NCBI GenBank assembly: GCA_003971905.1
Contig: RSEE01000172.1
Span: forward strand, 1-58,739
Direction: 5' to 3'
DNA length: 58,739 bases
From: Moniliella sp. 'wahieum'
Lineage: Eukaryota
A program made the translations under genes and the position numbers. The notes under the pieces were generated by a model, which saw only the letters and a program-made list of their open reading frames with translations, had not been told where the DNA came from and searched no databases. Shown here piece after piece: positions 37,801 through 50,168 of this stretch; within the stretch, counting starts at the first letter, position 1, and the number at the start of each line of letters is the position of its first letter.

Positions 37801-40276
37801 TGGCAGGGGGTCTCCAGTTTCTCGGTGGGCCATAGCCTTGCGATTGACGTCATGCATACGGTTCTTTTAGGCCCAGTAAAAGCCTCTGTTGAATTGTTGA
37901 CGGACTCGAACTTGGACAAAGGGCACTCGTTAGCGCTATGGCTGGATTCACTCAACACGCGGGGTATGGAATCGGTGGGTCGGCGGCTCAACGGCACCAA
38001 GGTGGTTCACAGCATGCGCTCCGTTACGGGGGTCGACTGCAAGACATTGTGCCAGACTCTCCCCCTGGTGCTGCCCAACTTGGTGGCCACACTGCGGTTG
38101 GACTCCACGAAGCTCCTGGCGTAGTGGAAACGGTGAGACAGAGACTTCGGAGGAAAATTGAAAGGCTGGAGAATGTCCGCAAGAGCATTGTGGCCGCCGC
38201 ACACACTCAAGTGGCTTTGTTACATCGATGGCTTCGCTTTTCAAGACCGGGCCACATACGGCGTACGTCTGAAACTACTACTACTATCTCCTATATGCGT
38301 GTGACCGTGTGTGTTCATCCAAGATCAAAGCTGACATTTTTTTGCCCGATATATCTATGTGCCCAGGACCTGCTTGACCAGGCGGTCCTTCATATTTTCA
38401 TGGCCATCGCGGCCATCGATCCGACCATGCTCGTCCGTCGCCCTACGTTCCACCTTCTTATCCACCTCTCCAAGCAGGCGCGGCTATGGGGCCCCCTCAA
38501 AAACGCTGACACACAGCGTGAGGAGGATTTGTCCGCGTTAGGCGCAAGGCGGGAATTTTACGAACCGCAAAGATATCTGCCGCGACTTGAACTACAAGGT
38601 GGCAGCACAGGAGAACCTGCAAAACCTGCTATGCGGAGGGCGGGCGATCGAGATGCCCAGGGCAACGCTCGTGATCCGCGATACAACTCCTCACAACGAA
38701 GGAGCGGGGTGACACAGGCCCAGCCCGGTCGGAACACTAAGAAATTGTCCGCGGACGCCTGGATCGGGAGGGACCGAGCAGCTGTGCAGTCGAATGTTCC
38801 ACCACTCTCGCTGGCACGACGCTTCAACTCTTAGGCCAAGGGTTAGGCAGTGTGTGGCAAGTCCCTCCCGCACCCGGAAAGAGCCTCAACGGTCCTTCGA
38901 GCGCTGGATTTTCGATCCAGACTGTGACTCAGGCCAAAGTCATCTCGGCGCATGACAAGCTTGGACTTCCGGACCCGGTGCAGCAGAAGCGCGTTCTACT
39001 GTTCTCCATGCCGCTGGATTGGTCGACGATATATTATCGACATTCCGACGGTCCGCGTACAGCACGGTCAGCTTTGTGCTAGGGGGGATTGGGTGCTTGT
39101 TGCCCAAGCGGATATTGGTGGAGTCCTCCCGCCCGGCCATGCTCAGACTTCTGATGCCCCCCTTTTCTATAGGCCGGATCGAACACATTGCTGCCCAACG
39201 ACCCGACATGACTGCTGTGCACCGGCAGGCTAAGGCTGGTCCGACTCGCGACAGAGGATCGGGAGCAGCGAGGACTGGTTCCAATAACCTTGTGATATCC
39301 GTGCTTTGGGTCAAGGTGGCTTTGGCACGCATCATGCCTGTCGACTCGGCATACGGCATGTGGGGACTGGAGCTACCGTTCCCCTCGGCCCGAAACACTG
39401 CGTATACATTCCTGCTTCGCAGATCGACACCATCTTTGGCCCAGTCAACGTCCAGCACAATTGCGTAAGGGCCAGGTTAGCCCTAAGGTTGTCCCCAACA
39501 GCATTTCGGATGCAGCCACTGGCTTGACCTACGATGGGGTCCAGCACAATAACTTGGCTGGGACGTCGGCGGTGCAGCGCAACGTGCTTAACCACTTTGT
39601 CAACTCTGTCTCTCCCCACACACCGACATCCTGCGACTTGCTGACTTGGCCTTTGCCCAGAACTGGGCTGTAGAGGGCGATAGTGTCCCATCGGCGGACG
39701 ACATTGTGCGGGCAGTACAATCACAGCAATGAACGTGCAGAAGATTCCAGATGGGCTACGAATGTTATGATAAGTTGTACTACCCACTGCATTGATGTAT
39801 ACTCTTCACCGTCACAGTCTACAAATGTTTTGACGGCTCTTCGTGTGAAAACAGACGTACGAATATTGGGTCAATTGATCGCATCCACATGGTTAGTGCT
39901 TTTGTGGTGCAACGGTCTATGTCTACTTTCGGCTGGGGAAACCACAAGTTCGATTCCTGGACAAATCCTTCCTTTTTAACATAGATCGAGGCTGGCCACT
40001 ATTCACAAGGTCGCGAGATAGGGTGGCGGGCAAGATTGCGACTAGAATGGCGGGCAAGATTGGCTACTAGAATGGCGGGCAAGGTTGCGACGAGCTTTAT
40101 AGGGCACAATCTGGCAACAACCTCGCTGGGCAACCTTGCCACAATCTGGTCTAGCAGGTTGTGGCTAGCAGTCCTGGCGATGCTGCGACAAGATTGTGCC
40201 CCTCAAATCTATCGGCGAGCTTGTGGCGAGGCCGCAAGGCCCGATAGATTGTGGGCCAGAAATTTCGATTAGCTAT
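34834..40276 (+). mobile_element. 5.4-kb DNA transposon, CMC (CACTA/Mirage/Plavaka-related) type, with 18-bp TIRs and subterminal repeats
   Basis: ATAGCTAATCGAAATTTC at 34834 and its reverse complement ending at 40276, with TG on both outer sides. Repeated GGCAAGATT/TTGCCACAATCT motifs occur near both ends, and a 22-bp minisatellite at about 35013-35090. Confidence 0.8.
36489..39100 (+). CDS. DDE transposase of the fungal CMC-like family, intron-containing and frameshifted
   Basis: Ordered motifs GWTDGFADNVS (D1), KGDN...MAS..G....CCRF (D2 plus Cys), IDVMHTVLLG, FHLLIHL...WGPL...TQREE (E). Splice-like signals at about 37124, 37465-37489 and 38263-38366. Boundaries are approximate. Confidence 0.7.
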
Positions 40277-41315
40277 TGGCATCTTTGGTAGTGCTGCATG
40301 TCATCGCCGACATATTTGACGTGAACCCTATCATTGATAGGGCGTCCTTTGATGTTTTCCCCTTCCCTGATGTCTTGATACATTGAGCGAGTCTCGTATC
40401 CATGGTGCCAATGACATCCATTTCGTATCTGACATCATGGACATCACTACCGTCCCCGTCATCGAGAACAGCTGCGTTATTTACTTGATATCTATGACAC
40501 ACTCGTTGTCGTCCTCAATCTATGACCGTCATAGATATCCATGACTGCAATGGATGTCAGAAAGGAGTCGGTAGTGAAGCTCGATCATTCAGTATCCAGA
40601 CTCTTATGGATCACTCTGCTTTGGGATTCCACAAGGCTTCGGTTGTGGCACCATGGAAGCGCCTGTCAGACCCTCTCGTTGGCTTGCGTCAACTTACCAG
40701 GCACCCCTCTAGGACAAGGATATAGTTTTCTTTCCCCCGAAGAACGGATCCATGCACAACGTTGCTACGATATACCCGACGAGAGGCCCGATGAGATCGG
40801 GGATAACCTACCTCGTATGTATAGCCGTTTCCCGATTTCCCAACAGCGCTTAGACTCTCTTCATTGAACGGTGAAGAGTAGCTCGTCCTCCTTGCAAAGA
40901 AAAGCATACTCTGAGAAATTATATGGACGCATCCCGCACTGGTGAGCCATGACAACGGCCTTTCATTTAGATCTGCCTTCTGCTTGATTTTTCTACGCTT
41001 CCCATCATATTCTCTGCGATTTTCACCCTCAGTACTTGGTCATTCCGCACCGAGATCTACGCGGCCGATGCGGCGTTTCAAACAGTAGGGCAGCGAAGAC
41101 ACATGAGTTCCGGCCAACCCGTTGGTATTATGCGCGAAACCAGACGAGTTCCTATTTGGGTGCTCGATCGTTTGGGGGTCCCAGCCAAACCCATCCACTG
41201 GACGGGGTTCGCTGCTAGCATCCGTGGGTGTGGAGGAAGTAGCGTTCTAACAAGCAGGAGAGGGCTGATGGTAATGCTACGGGGCTTTCGGCCGACCGCG
41301 ACGCGTGATAGATGA

Positions 41316-42665
41316 TCATACGCGTTCCGTTTGGTCAGGAGAAACTAATTGAATCACGTTCGCCTTGGTCTTCGTTGCCCGTCGCTTCTCGGCCCGAGCA
41401 GGGGAATCAAGAAGGTCCAACCAATGGTGGAAGAGGTAGCGCTTGATATCCGCCATGGTAGGTTGCCCGGTCGGTGCCGTCCAGAGCGGCAGACCAGCAT
41501 GGGTGGAGGGCCGGGTGAGCCGCTGATACTGTGCGGGCGAGAAGGGCAATTGAGTACACCGTGCTGGATCCAAGTTTCAACCTGGTGAAGCGAATGCTGT
41601 ACCCGACGCGCGGGTGGAAGGAGGTAGTGGTGTGGTTTCTTGAGTCGATCCGATACGAGGTCCGAGGAAACACGTGCAGGTGAAGTGTGCGCATCGAGGG
41701 GACACTGTGGTACGCCATGTGGATCGGCCAGCTTTCGACCTGCCCGGCCGGGGCCGAGCGAAACAGGGCATCCCGTTCCGGCCTGCAGTGCTTGCCCCGT
41801 GCTCAACAAGTCCCATCCGTCCGTGGGGCTGGCGTCCCGTGTTGGCCTCGGGCAGTGCGCCTCGATCAAACGCTGGACCTGGCCGGGACAAGTGTCAGTG
41901 CTGCTCCATCAACGCAACCATATCCGCCTCCCATAGACGATGGGCCATGGGTACGGGAACACACTTGCGAACCCCTCGTCTCATCGGAAAGAGGGAGGAC
42001 ATACTGCCATCGCGGTTGCCCGTCTTTGCTCACCACCTCCCCCGCCCAAGGGACGGAAGCAGGGTGAAAGCTGATCCAGCGTGGCTGCATCGAGGCTCGT
42101 ACCGTCCGGCAGCGGGAGGCAGACGGGGCAGGACCAATATGTGGTACTTGGCCTTGGGTCGCGTCCATCACCGCCATCGTCCAGCGATCCACCAACAAAC
42201 CAAGCGCCCATCTGGCAGCAGGCCAGGACAGGCGGGGGGGGCAAAGCATAGCGGGTCAGCGCATGGTCCCAGCTGTCGGATACCTTGTTGAATCCCGTTG
42301 GCGGATCGCTTGTCGTGCTTGGCCCGACGTTCGCCCGAGGAGGCGGCCGCGAGGAGGGTTTTGAGCCTGGCTCGGCGTGTCGGCCGCTCTGCTCTGCCCC
42401 CACACCAGGCGGCGTGCTGCCGCGCCGACACCCACCGATCCAGCGTCTGCTGCCGGCCCAAACTCCGGGACTCAGGCCCGACTGGTGGATCTGCCCCCGA
42501 AGCCACCAGACCAGGGACGAAGTGGCGGGCGCTGGCTCGGCACAGGAGTACTCTCCGCTCGGCTCGGCCGGACGCCGGGGGGCTATCCCTCCCACGCGCC
42601 GGGTGAGGGCCAGCGGGGGGGGATGCCGTGGCAGAGGATGGCGTGGCAGCGGATGGCGGCGCCAT
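41316..42665 (-). CDS. HNT3: Aprataxin-like HIT-family DNA 5'-deadenylase (frameshifted)
   Basis: Across frames: PKAKYHILVLPR (about 42125-42158), YHSVPSMRTLHLHV-SSDLVSDRLKKPHHY-SFHP, and a C-terminal remnant LVC...MADIKRYLFHHW. Confidence 0.8.
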
Positions 42666-43002
42666 GTCGGCCCAAGGTGGAGGGAGGCCTCAGATGCCAA
42701 GGTTCAATGGAGGAGGTACGTGGTCGGGGCGGTGCAGCAGACGCGATCGCTGCTGCTGGGCAGCGAGTAGTGAGTACTGAGTGTACTAAAAGCCCCCGCG
42801 GACCCATCCGAGCACCACGTGATCGCCGTGCTAATAAGCGCGCATTGGTTGGTTTACTTTTTTTCCCCCGTTTGGTTGGCTTTTGGTTGCGGCCACCTCC
42901 GTCAGAGCATCTGGGCACCACCATCCGCACATTCCATTGCGTGCGCTGAAGAGCCGCACCGTAAGACGCGTTCTGCCCTGCCCCCCATCTGCCGACGAGG
43001 TG

Positions 43003-44064
43003 ATGCGGGCACGCATTGCGTCTCGCAGACCTGGTGCGCATGTGAGGGTACCTGTTGGATCCGCGCGCCGAGATTTGCGTCCAGCGAGGCCGGTGGGGCG
43101 TGGGGCTGCGCGCCAACACGCAGGTTGCCGAGGGGGAGATTGTGGCTGCTTTTCCTCAAGGCTCGTTTCTTTTTCTTTCCGCACTGTCGGACCTCCTGCG
43201 GAGCTTCTCTGTGCCGAGACACGGATGGGACCGACGCTTGAACTGGCGCTTTGTCTGTTGTGGGAGTTTCTGCAGGCCCGCGTTCGCGCTGGCGGGCTTA
43301 CCCTTACTCTCTGCCGGAACCCGTGTGCTGCCGCCGCTGTGGCCCTGGACGGAGCCCGAGCTGGCTACGACGAGGCAGCGACATTGGATGCATCTGCTGC
43401 GGCGCACGACGGTGGGTGCGCGATGCGTGTCCCGCGCCCGGGCCGCGCAGCACGACCGGTGGAGCGGGATGGGCGAGGACAAGATGTTGGCGTATGGTAC
43501 GTTGGATGCGGTCTTGACTGCGGACCGGATTGCGTTTCTGCAACGCTGCTTTCCCTGTGCGCGCGCTGCCAGTCCAAGCCAGCACGGGGACCAACCGAAC
43601 CCACCGGGGGGGGGACGACCGTTGCGGGACCTGCATGCGGCGCCGCCGTCGTGTCGCGCTGGTTGGCGGGATGCGTTGGCGCGGGCTGCTCGGTGGTAAG
43701 TTCGCGTGCGTTTGTGCTGGACGAGCAGATGGGGCTGGCGCTGTGCCCGCTGGCGGACGTGTTCAACCACTGCCGCCCGGACAGAATGGGTGCAGCTGGA
43801 GGTAGGCGAGGATGGATGGCAGTGATGCGCGCCGTGGGCCGGCTGGGGCCGGGGGAGGTGTACAATACGTATGCGCGCTGGGTCGGGCGGAGCTGCTGTG
43901 TCGGTATGGGTTTGTGCCAGCCTGGTCGGGTATGCCGGGTCGGATTCCGAGGGGATTCCGAGGGCGACTCGGAGGGCGATGGGGCGGAGGAGGTGGAGGG
44001 GGCGGCGGCGGCGCTAGAGGCAGCGGTCAAGGCGTATCTGGCTGGCGGGGTGCTGTTGGGGTAA
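43003..44064 (+). CDS. SET-domain protein lysine methyltransferase (Rkm/SETD6-like, frameshifted)
   Basis: G.GLRA...VAEGE...FP, SVVSSRAF, LCPLADVFNH, GEVYNTY, ELLCRYGFV. Start is approximate. Confidence 0.8.
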   Translation: MRARIASRRPGAHVRVPVGSARRDLRPARPVGRGAARQHAGCRGGDCGCFSSRLVSFSFRTVGPPAELLCAETRMGPTLELALCLLWEFLQARVRAGGLTLTLCRNPCAAAAVALDGARAGYDEAATLDASAAAHDGGCAMRVPRPGRAARPVERDGRGQDVGVWYVGCGLDCGPDCVSATLLSLCARCQSKPARGPTEPTGGGTTVAGPACGAAVVSRWLAGCVGAGCSVVSSRAFVLDEQMGLALCPLADVFNHCRPDRMGAAGGRRGWMAVMRAVGRLGPGEVYNTYARWVGRSCCVGMGLCQPGRVCRVGFRGDSEGDSEGDGAEEVEGAAAALEAAVKAYLAGGVLLG

Positions 44065-44381
44065 ACGAATAGGAGGCTGTAACTCATGCCGGCCGGAGGC
44101 GGGGAATGCTCTCTACAGACACAACCCAAAGCATGCATATGCGCTGCCGCCGGACTAACACCACCCGTGCAGAAGAGGCCTGAGCAGGCCGACACAGAGT
44201 GGGCACTGGACACGGGGTACCGCGTACGCACGCTGCCCGTCGCGTGTGGCGCGGCGGAACGCACCCGCAGCCCGGGGCGGAATTCCGCCTGGGCCAGGCA
44301 GGCGCCCGAGCATTTTTGCGTCGCCTGGCCTGGTGTGTGGGCTGGCCGAGCCGCAGCCTCCCTCCACCGCCACTGCTGCTC

Positions 44382-46018
44382 ATGAGCGCCTCGCCAGTCC
44401 GCACCGAAGCGGCGGAGCGCGAACGGCAATTAGCCGAGACGCTGCGTGCGCGCCGTCGTCGCTCTTCCGCCGCCGAGCCACCGCCCACCGACCCTCGGTC
44501 TCGCGAACGCTCGCCCCACCCTCCACAGCGACGCGACCGAGACCATGCGCATGAGCATGAGCAGGAGCTTGAGCTTGAGCTTGAGCGCGACAGGGAACGA
44601 ACTCGCGATCGCGATCCCGACCACACTCGAAGCGAGACCACATGCGGGACCGTGAAAAAGACAGGGACAAGGAAAAGCGACCGCGACCGCGAACGAGACC
44701 GTGACCGCGACCGTGGACCGCGACCGTGACCGCGAACGCGACCGCGAACGTGATGGGAACCGGGACTGGGATGCTCGTCGGCGTGGACGGAACGAGCGGG
44801 AGAGTCGGGCGTCGCGTGACTATCGTGACCGTGACCGCGAGCGTGACCGGGGTACGAGGGGGAGAAGGAGCGGGAGCGGGCGGGAGAGGAGAGTGCGTGC
44901 CGAGCCCGTTCCGCAGTGGCGTCCGCGCACATTTACCAGCACGAGCCGGACCACACGTTGGACCGTACGGTGTTTGTTGCGTCGCTGAGCCAAACCGTGT
45001 CGACGCACACGTTGGGCCAGTTTTAGGCGCTCAACCTGGGCATGGAGGAGGTGGTGGATGCGCACATTGTCATGGACAAGGTCACGCGCCCTCCCAAGGG
45101 CGTGGGGTACGTTACGCTCGCCACGCGCCAAGAGCACAACGTGCGCTGCAGCTCACAGGCCATGTATTGTACGGCATTCCGGTGCAGGTGTCGCCTGTTT
45201 CGTTCCTTCCCTCCCACGCCGGCGGGGCTGCTGGCGCAGGCGCCGGAGGCGGAGGCGGAGCCGGTGCCGGCGTCGGGGCCGGCTCGACGGCGGGGAGAAC
45301 CCCGAGGCACGGCTGTATGTGGGCAGTTTGAACTTCAATCTGGATGCGCCGGCGGTCAAATCTGTCTTTTCCGCGTTGGGCCGGTGGAGTATGTGGACCT
45401 GCACCGGGAAGTGACGGGCAAGTCCAAAGGGTTTGCCTTTGTGCAATTTGTCGAGCCGGCAGACGCCCAAGCCGCCCGCCAGCGCCTCAATGGCGTCGAG
45501 ATTATGGGACGGCCGATCCGGTGGGGCACGTCAAGCCCGAGCCTGGCCAGCTCCGCTCCCGTCTCGCGCCCCGGCCCAGCCGACAGCATGGAACCCACCG
45601 CGCCTTCCTACCTGGACGAAGGGGTGGCGGGCGCCTGGACCGCCGATGCGCGTGCGACGTTAATGCAGAACCTCATGTACCGCGCACGGCGGTCAGCCGG
45701 CCGCCGCTGCCGTGCAGGCCATCCCGCCACCGCCACTCGACGGCGGTCAAGCTGGCCAACATGTTGATCCGGCCGAGGAGAGTGAGCGCACTGGGCGCGC
45801 GACATGGCGAGCGAGGTGGAGGAAGAGGTGCGGCGCAGTACGGGCCCGTGGCGCGCATCTGGCTCGACGAGCAATCGCAGGCGACATTTACGTGTGCGTT
45901 TCCGCGACCCGGGCGCGGCGCAGCGCGCGGTGCAGCGCTGCATGGGCGCCACTTTAACGGCCGCGCCATCCAGGCCCACTCCATCCCGGAAGCCATCTTT
46001 GCGGCCAAGGTGCGTAGC
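44382..46018 (+). CDS. RBM39/RBM23 (CC1/Rsd1-like) splicing factor: RS/RD-rich N-terminus, 2 RRMs and a UHM (frameshifted)
   Basis: RD/RE repeats, RTVFV.SL, KGVGYV, RLYVGSLNFNL, TGKSKGFAFVQF, and a C-terminal YGPV..I.LD...LHGRHFNGRAI. Confidence 0.85.
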
Positions 46019-46313
46019 GCTGGGCATGGCCGCACCGAGCGACAAAATGGAGAGATGCGATGTGCTGCAGTTGGTTTGGCGGCACAGCTGCTCGTAGGCC
46101 TCGTTCCGTTAGCGTCTGAATAGAATGGGAATGGGGAATCAAAAACGTGGTTAATCAACAGTGTGTCCTGGACTCCACCAGCGGCCCAAAAAAATCCTGC
46201 GAATTAATATAAGCCCTCGTCCTCTGCGGTCTGTCGGCACGAAGATTTTGAGCCCACCGCCACGCCACTGCGACTGCCGCCGCGACCGCCGCTGTCTGTC
46301 TGCTGGCCTGCGC

Positions 46314-49300
46314 ATGTCCCTCCGTCGTGCGCTCATCGCCCGAGTCAGCCAGATGGACGCCAGCGTGGACCCTTGTGCCTGGCGCGGTAGCCGACGGGGC
46401 GTGGGGGCTACCTTCGGTGTTCGTCTGCGCCAACCAATCGCGCGTGCTGCTCGCCGCGCCCGAGGGCACGACCCGCCGTGCGCTCGACAAGCGTCTCGGT
46501 CTGCCCATTCCCACGCTGACACCTACGAATGCGCCGCCGAGCTCGAGCGCGGTGGTGCTCCTTCCTGCTGCTACGGCTGCTGCGGCCGGGGGTCTGCACG
46601 GCACGTTGATGAGCATTGCGGATGGTGCGCGGGCGCGGGTGGAGCAGTTGCCAGCGAAACTGACGCAGGGCAAGCACGTCCCCCGCTCCAACTCATTGGT
46701 CCGACCAATACACGTCATATCGTTGCGCTCGCGCGCGCGTTCAGTCGGCGCGACGGGTTTGGGCTCGAGGTGACCGAGGTGACAGCGAGACGCACAGCGT
46801 CGCCACGCCCGTGCACCAGGACCCGTCGCTGTCCATCTACGCCCTGCCCATCAGCCTTGCCGCCTCGAGCGAGCGGCCGAGCAAAAAGCGTCGCCCGTCA
46901 CCGGAACGCGACCTGCCGCCCGACTACCTGCACAAAGTGATCGCAACTATGTTCAATGCGTCTGGTCTGCCCGGCGGGCGCGCCGAGGACGCCGATCCGG
47001 CCCAGCTCGGCCCGTCGCGCAACTACCTTACCCGCCCCTTGCCCTTCCTCGTTGCGCCGGTCCAACTGTCACTGCCTTCGCCGCACGTAGGGTTCGGGCC
47101 CGACGGGGCGAACGCAACGTCGCTTCCGCCCGAGGTGTGGTGTATGCGATTGAAACGGCACCCACCATGCCGAAAATTGACCAAGCGCGCGCCGCGGCGT
47201 TTGGCTGTCCGCGCGGCCCGCACATGCGCGGCTTGCGCGACGGCAACGCCCGTCCACATTTCCCGCCCGGTCGGGTGGGTGGTGCCCGATCTGAGCGCTG
47301 GAGAGGCGCTGCCGACATGGGAGGAAGGTATGCCGCTCCCGTCCGAGCCGAGGCAACGGCAGCTGTTGCTGCAAGCTCGTTGGATGAGTGTCGTGGAAGC
47401 CAACCCGCCCGGACGGCAGGGCAGGGCGTGCAAGGGCTCAAGAAGGCCGAGGCGGCGTTGTCCAAGGCCAAGGGGGCGAAAGTTGTGCCGGGCAAGGAGG
47501 AGGCGCATGCGGCGCAGCTGCAAGAGCTGGAGACCAGGTTGGCCCATGCCCGGGAAGCGCATGCGCGGTACGAAGAGGTGGTCAGTGTCCCGCTCGAAGA
47601 GGTGACACTGACTGCGGACCTGGTCACCCAGTCCCCGCTTCCGGGCGGAGCGATGGTGCAGGTATACCTACCGTCTGAAGCCTATGTCGAGCCCTTTCTC
47701 GCCGAGGCGCCCAAACTGTTTGCGCGCTACCCCACCCAAGCCACGCTGCGCGCGGTGCTGCATATTGTTCCTCCGGCGGTATGGGAAGACGAGCGGTACC
47801 AAGCGTTTGTCCAGTCGCTCGGCAATGGCGTCGAGCACATCCTCTCCTCTCCTGCGTACTGTGCCGACGAGCTGTCCTATCCCCGTGCCGCGCTCGGCTT
47901 GCACAAGGTGTCCCACCTGGACCGGGACATGTTTAGTGTTCCCCCCTATTCGCTCCAGCCGCGCAAAACCACAGACAACGCAACGCCCCTAAGCGAAAGT
48001 TTGTTCTTGCGTCTCATGCCGCCGCCACAGGGAAGCGCGATTGTGCGCCTGTCGGACCCGACAGCGGGGGCAAGGGGATTGTCCAGCCGAACCTGCAGGC
48101 GCCGCTGCGCTTCCCCCGACGACAAGTTTGCGCAAACGCCGATGAGGAGGTGTTCTGTTCGTTTGAGCGCGAGATGCTAGCGTCGGGCTACGTGGAAGGA
48201 GGCCGGAAGAGCAAGCGGCAGATGCGTGCCGAGGGCAAGGTGGAAGCGTGGTACGAGTACAAGAAGCTTTCGGAGCAGGTGCGGGCCGAGGTGGCGGCGC
48301 GCTCGGCGCCTCGGACCAAGAAGGAGTGGGAGCAGATTGGTGACCCCGCTGGGTACGGGCTCGGCGTTGCCCAGTCGGGACCGCAACGTGTCCAGCACGC
48401 TGGTCGAGTACGACCATCGGCCTCGGCCGTCGGCACGCAGGGCACAGCGGCGTATGGCACGATGCTCATGGACTGTGGCGAGTCGACGCTGGGCCAGCTG
48501 TGCCGGCGTATGGGCGCGGAGCGGGCAGGAAAAGTGCTACGGGATCTGCGGCTGCTGTTTATCTCGCACAAGCATGCGGACCATCTGCTGGGTGTGTTCC
48601 GTCTGCTGGCAGCACGGGCGGCGGTACGTTAACCTTTGGGCGATCTTGGGTGCGGTGCGTTTGGACTGATTGATTGACTGATATTTTTTGTTTGCCCCCC
48701 CCCGCAGCTCAACCCCTCGACGCCGCTCTTCCTTGTCACATGCGACGAGGTGTACGGTGCGATCAAGGAGTGGGACCAGATGGAGTCGCTCGGGCTCTAC
48801 ACGTCCAAGGGGGGCGGGGTGTACTATGTGCCGGCACAGTCGATCCGCCGCACTGCGTTGGAGTTGGACGGCACGTTGCTCGTGCCCCCGGCGCCCGCCC
48901 AGGCCTACAGCCCCAGAACCAACAGGTAGCCAGCTACGGGGCTATTGGCATAGCCACTCCAAGTTTGCCAAGCCCGAGCAGGTCGAGTCCCGGGTGCGCG
49001 AGCTGGCCGAGTACGGACTAAGGTGGACACGGTGCCGGTCAACCACCGGTGCTTGCATGCGTATGGCGCTGTGGTCACGCACACCTCGCAGCCGTACGGG
49101 CAGTGGGGCTGGCGTATTCCGGCGACACGATCCCGTCCTCGGCGCTGGCCAACGCGGCGCGGCAGGCCCGGGTGGACGTGATGCTGCACGAGGCGACAAT
49201 GGGCGACGACATGGTGGAATGCATTTGTCAAGCGGCACTCGACGATGAACCAAGCGCTGGGCGTTGTCGCTGCCTCCGGCGCACCGCTGGCGATCCTGAC

Positions 49301-49913
49301 GCACTTTAGCCAGCGCTACCCCAAGCTGCCCAAGCTGGGCAGCGTGGCAGAGGGCGGGGCGGCGGTGGTGCTGAGCTTCGACATGATGCGGCTGCGCTTG
49401 TCGGAGGCGTGGAAGTTTGGCTACTTTATGCCCGCCCTCGAGATGCTCTACCGCGCCGACATGGAGGCGAGCAGCATGGACGACGCGTCGCTGGCATCGC
49501 TGGCGTCGCAGCCGTCGCGGCCTTCGCAGCCGCCGCGGCCGTCGCGGCCGACGGGCGACTGGACGTACTTTGTCTGGCAGCTGACGCGGCGGGGCGACGG
49601 GGGCGCGGGCGCGCTGCCGCCGCTGACGGATGGTGGAGCACGCTGGTGCGCCTGCATGGGCAGCGGGGCGGTGCGATTGGCGTGGCGGCGGTGCACGTGG
49701 CGGCGGAGCAGGACGGGGTGCGGGGCGTGCTGCGCGCGGCGGCGGGCGAGGCGGGCAAGGTGGCGGCGCTGGCCGCGGCGCACGTCGACGGCTTCCGGCC
49801 GGCGGTGGTGGCGCGTGCGCCGACGGCCGAGGCCGTGTGGCGCCGGGCGGGCGGCACGGCGCCGTGCCCGCTGGGTCGCGGCCGAGGCCCAGGCACTGCG
49901 CCAGATGGAGTGA
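46314..49913 (+). CDS. TRZ1: tRNase Z long form (ELAC2/Trz1), frameshifted, with a C-terminal extension
   Basis: PEGTTR, GGLHG, PSRDRNVSS, MDCGESTLGQL, FISHKHADHLLG (HxHxDH), AYSGDT, MLHEAT, LTHFSQRYPK. One intron at about 48624-48706. Confidence 0.9.
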
Positions 49914-50074
49914 GCGCAGGCGGTGATGCGCCGCAAATCACATGTGATGGCATGTCCATGTCACATGCCCTCGTGCAGACAGGCGCAGGCAGACAGGCAG
50001 GCAGCAACCCACCCACACCCCACAGGCGACCACGTACGAATCGACGATGGCCATAGACACCCCCCCAAAAAAAG

Positions 50075-50168
50075 TGCGGCCGCCGGGAATCGAACCCGAA
50101 CCTTCAGCTGCCCCCGGCTGGCGGTGCCCACGTGGAAGGCTAAAATTCTACCACTAAACTACCGCCGC
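50075..50168 (-). tRNA. tRNA-Gly(TCC), intron-containing
   Basis: GCGGCGG-TAGTTTAGTGGTAGAAT, anticodon stem TTAGC/GCTGA around CT-TCC-A, an intron, GGTTCGATTCCC and a T7 terminator. Confidence 0.9.
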
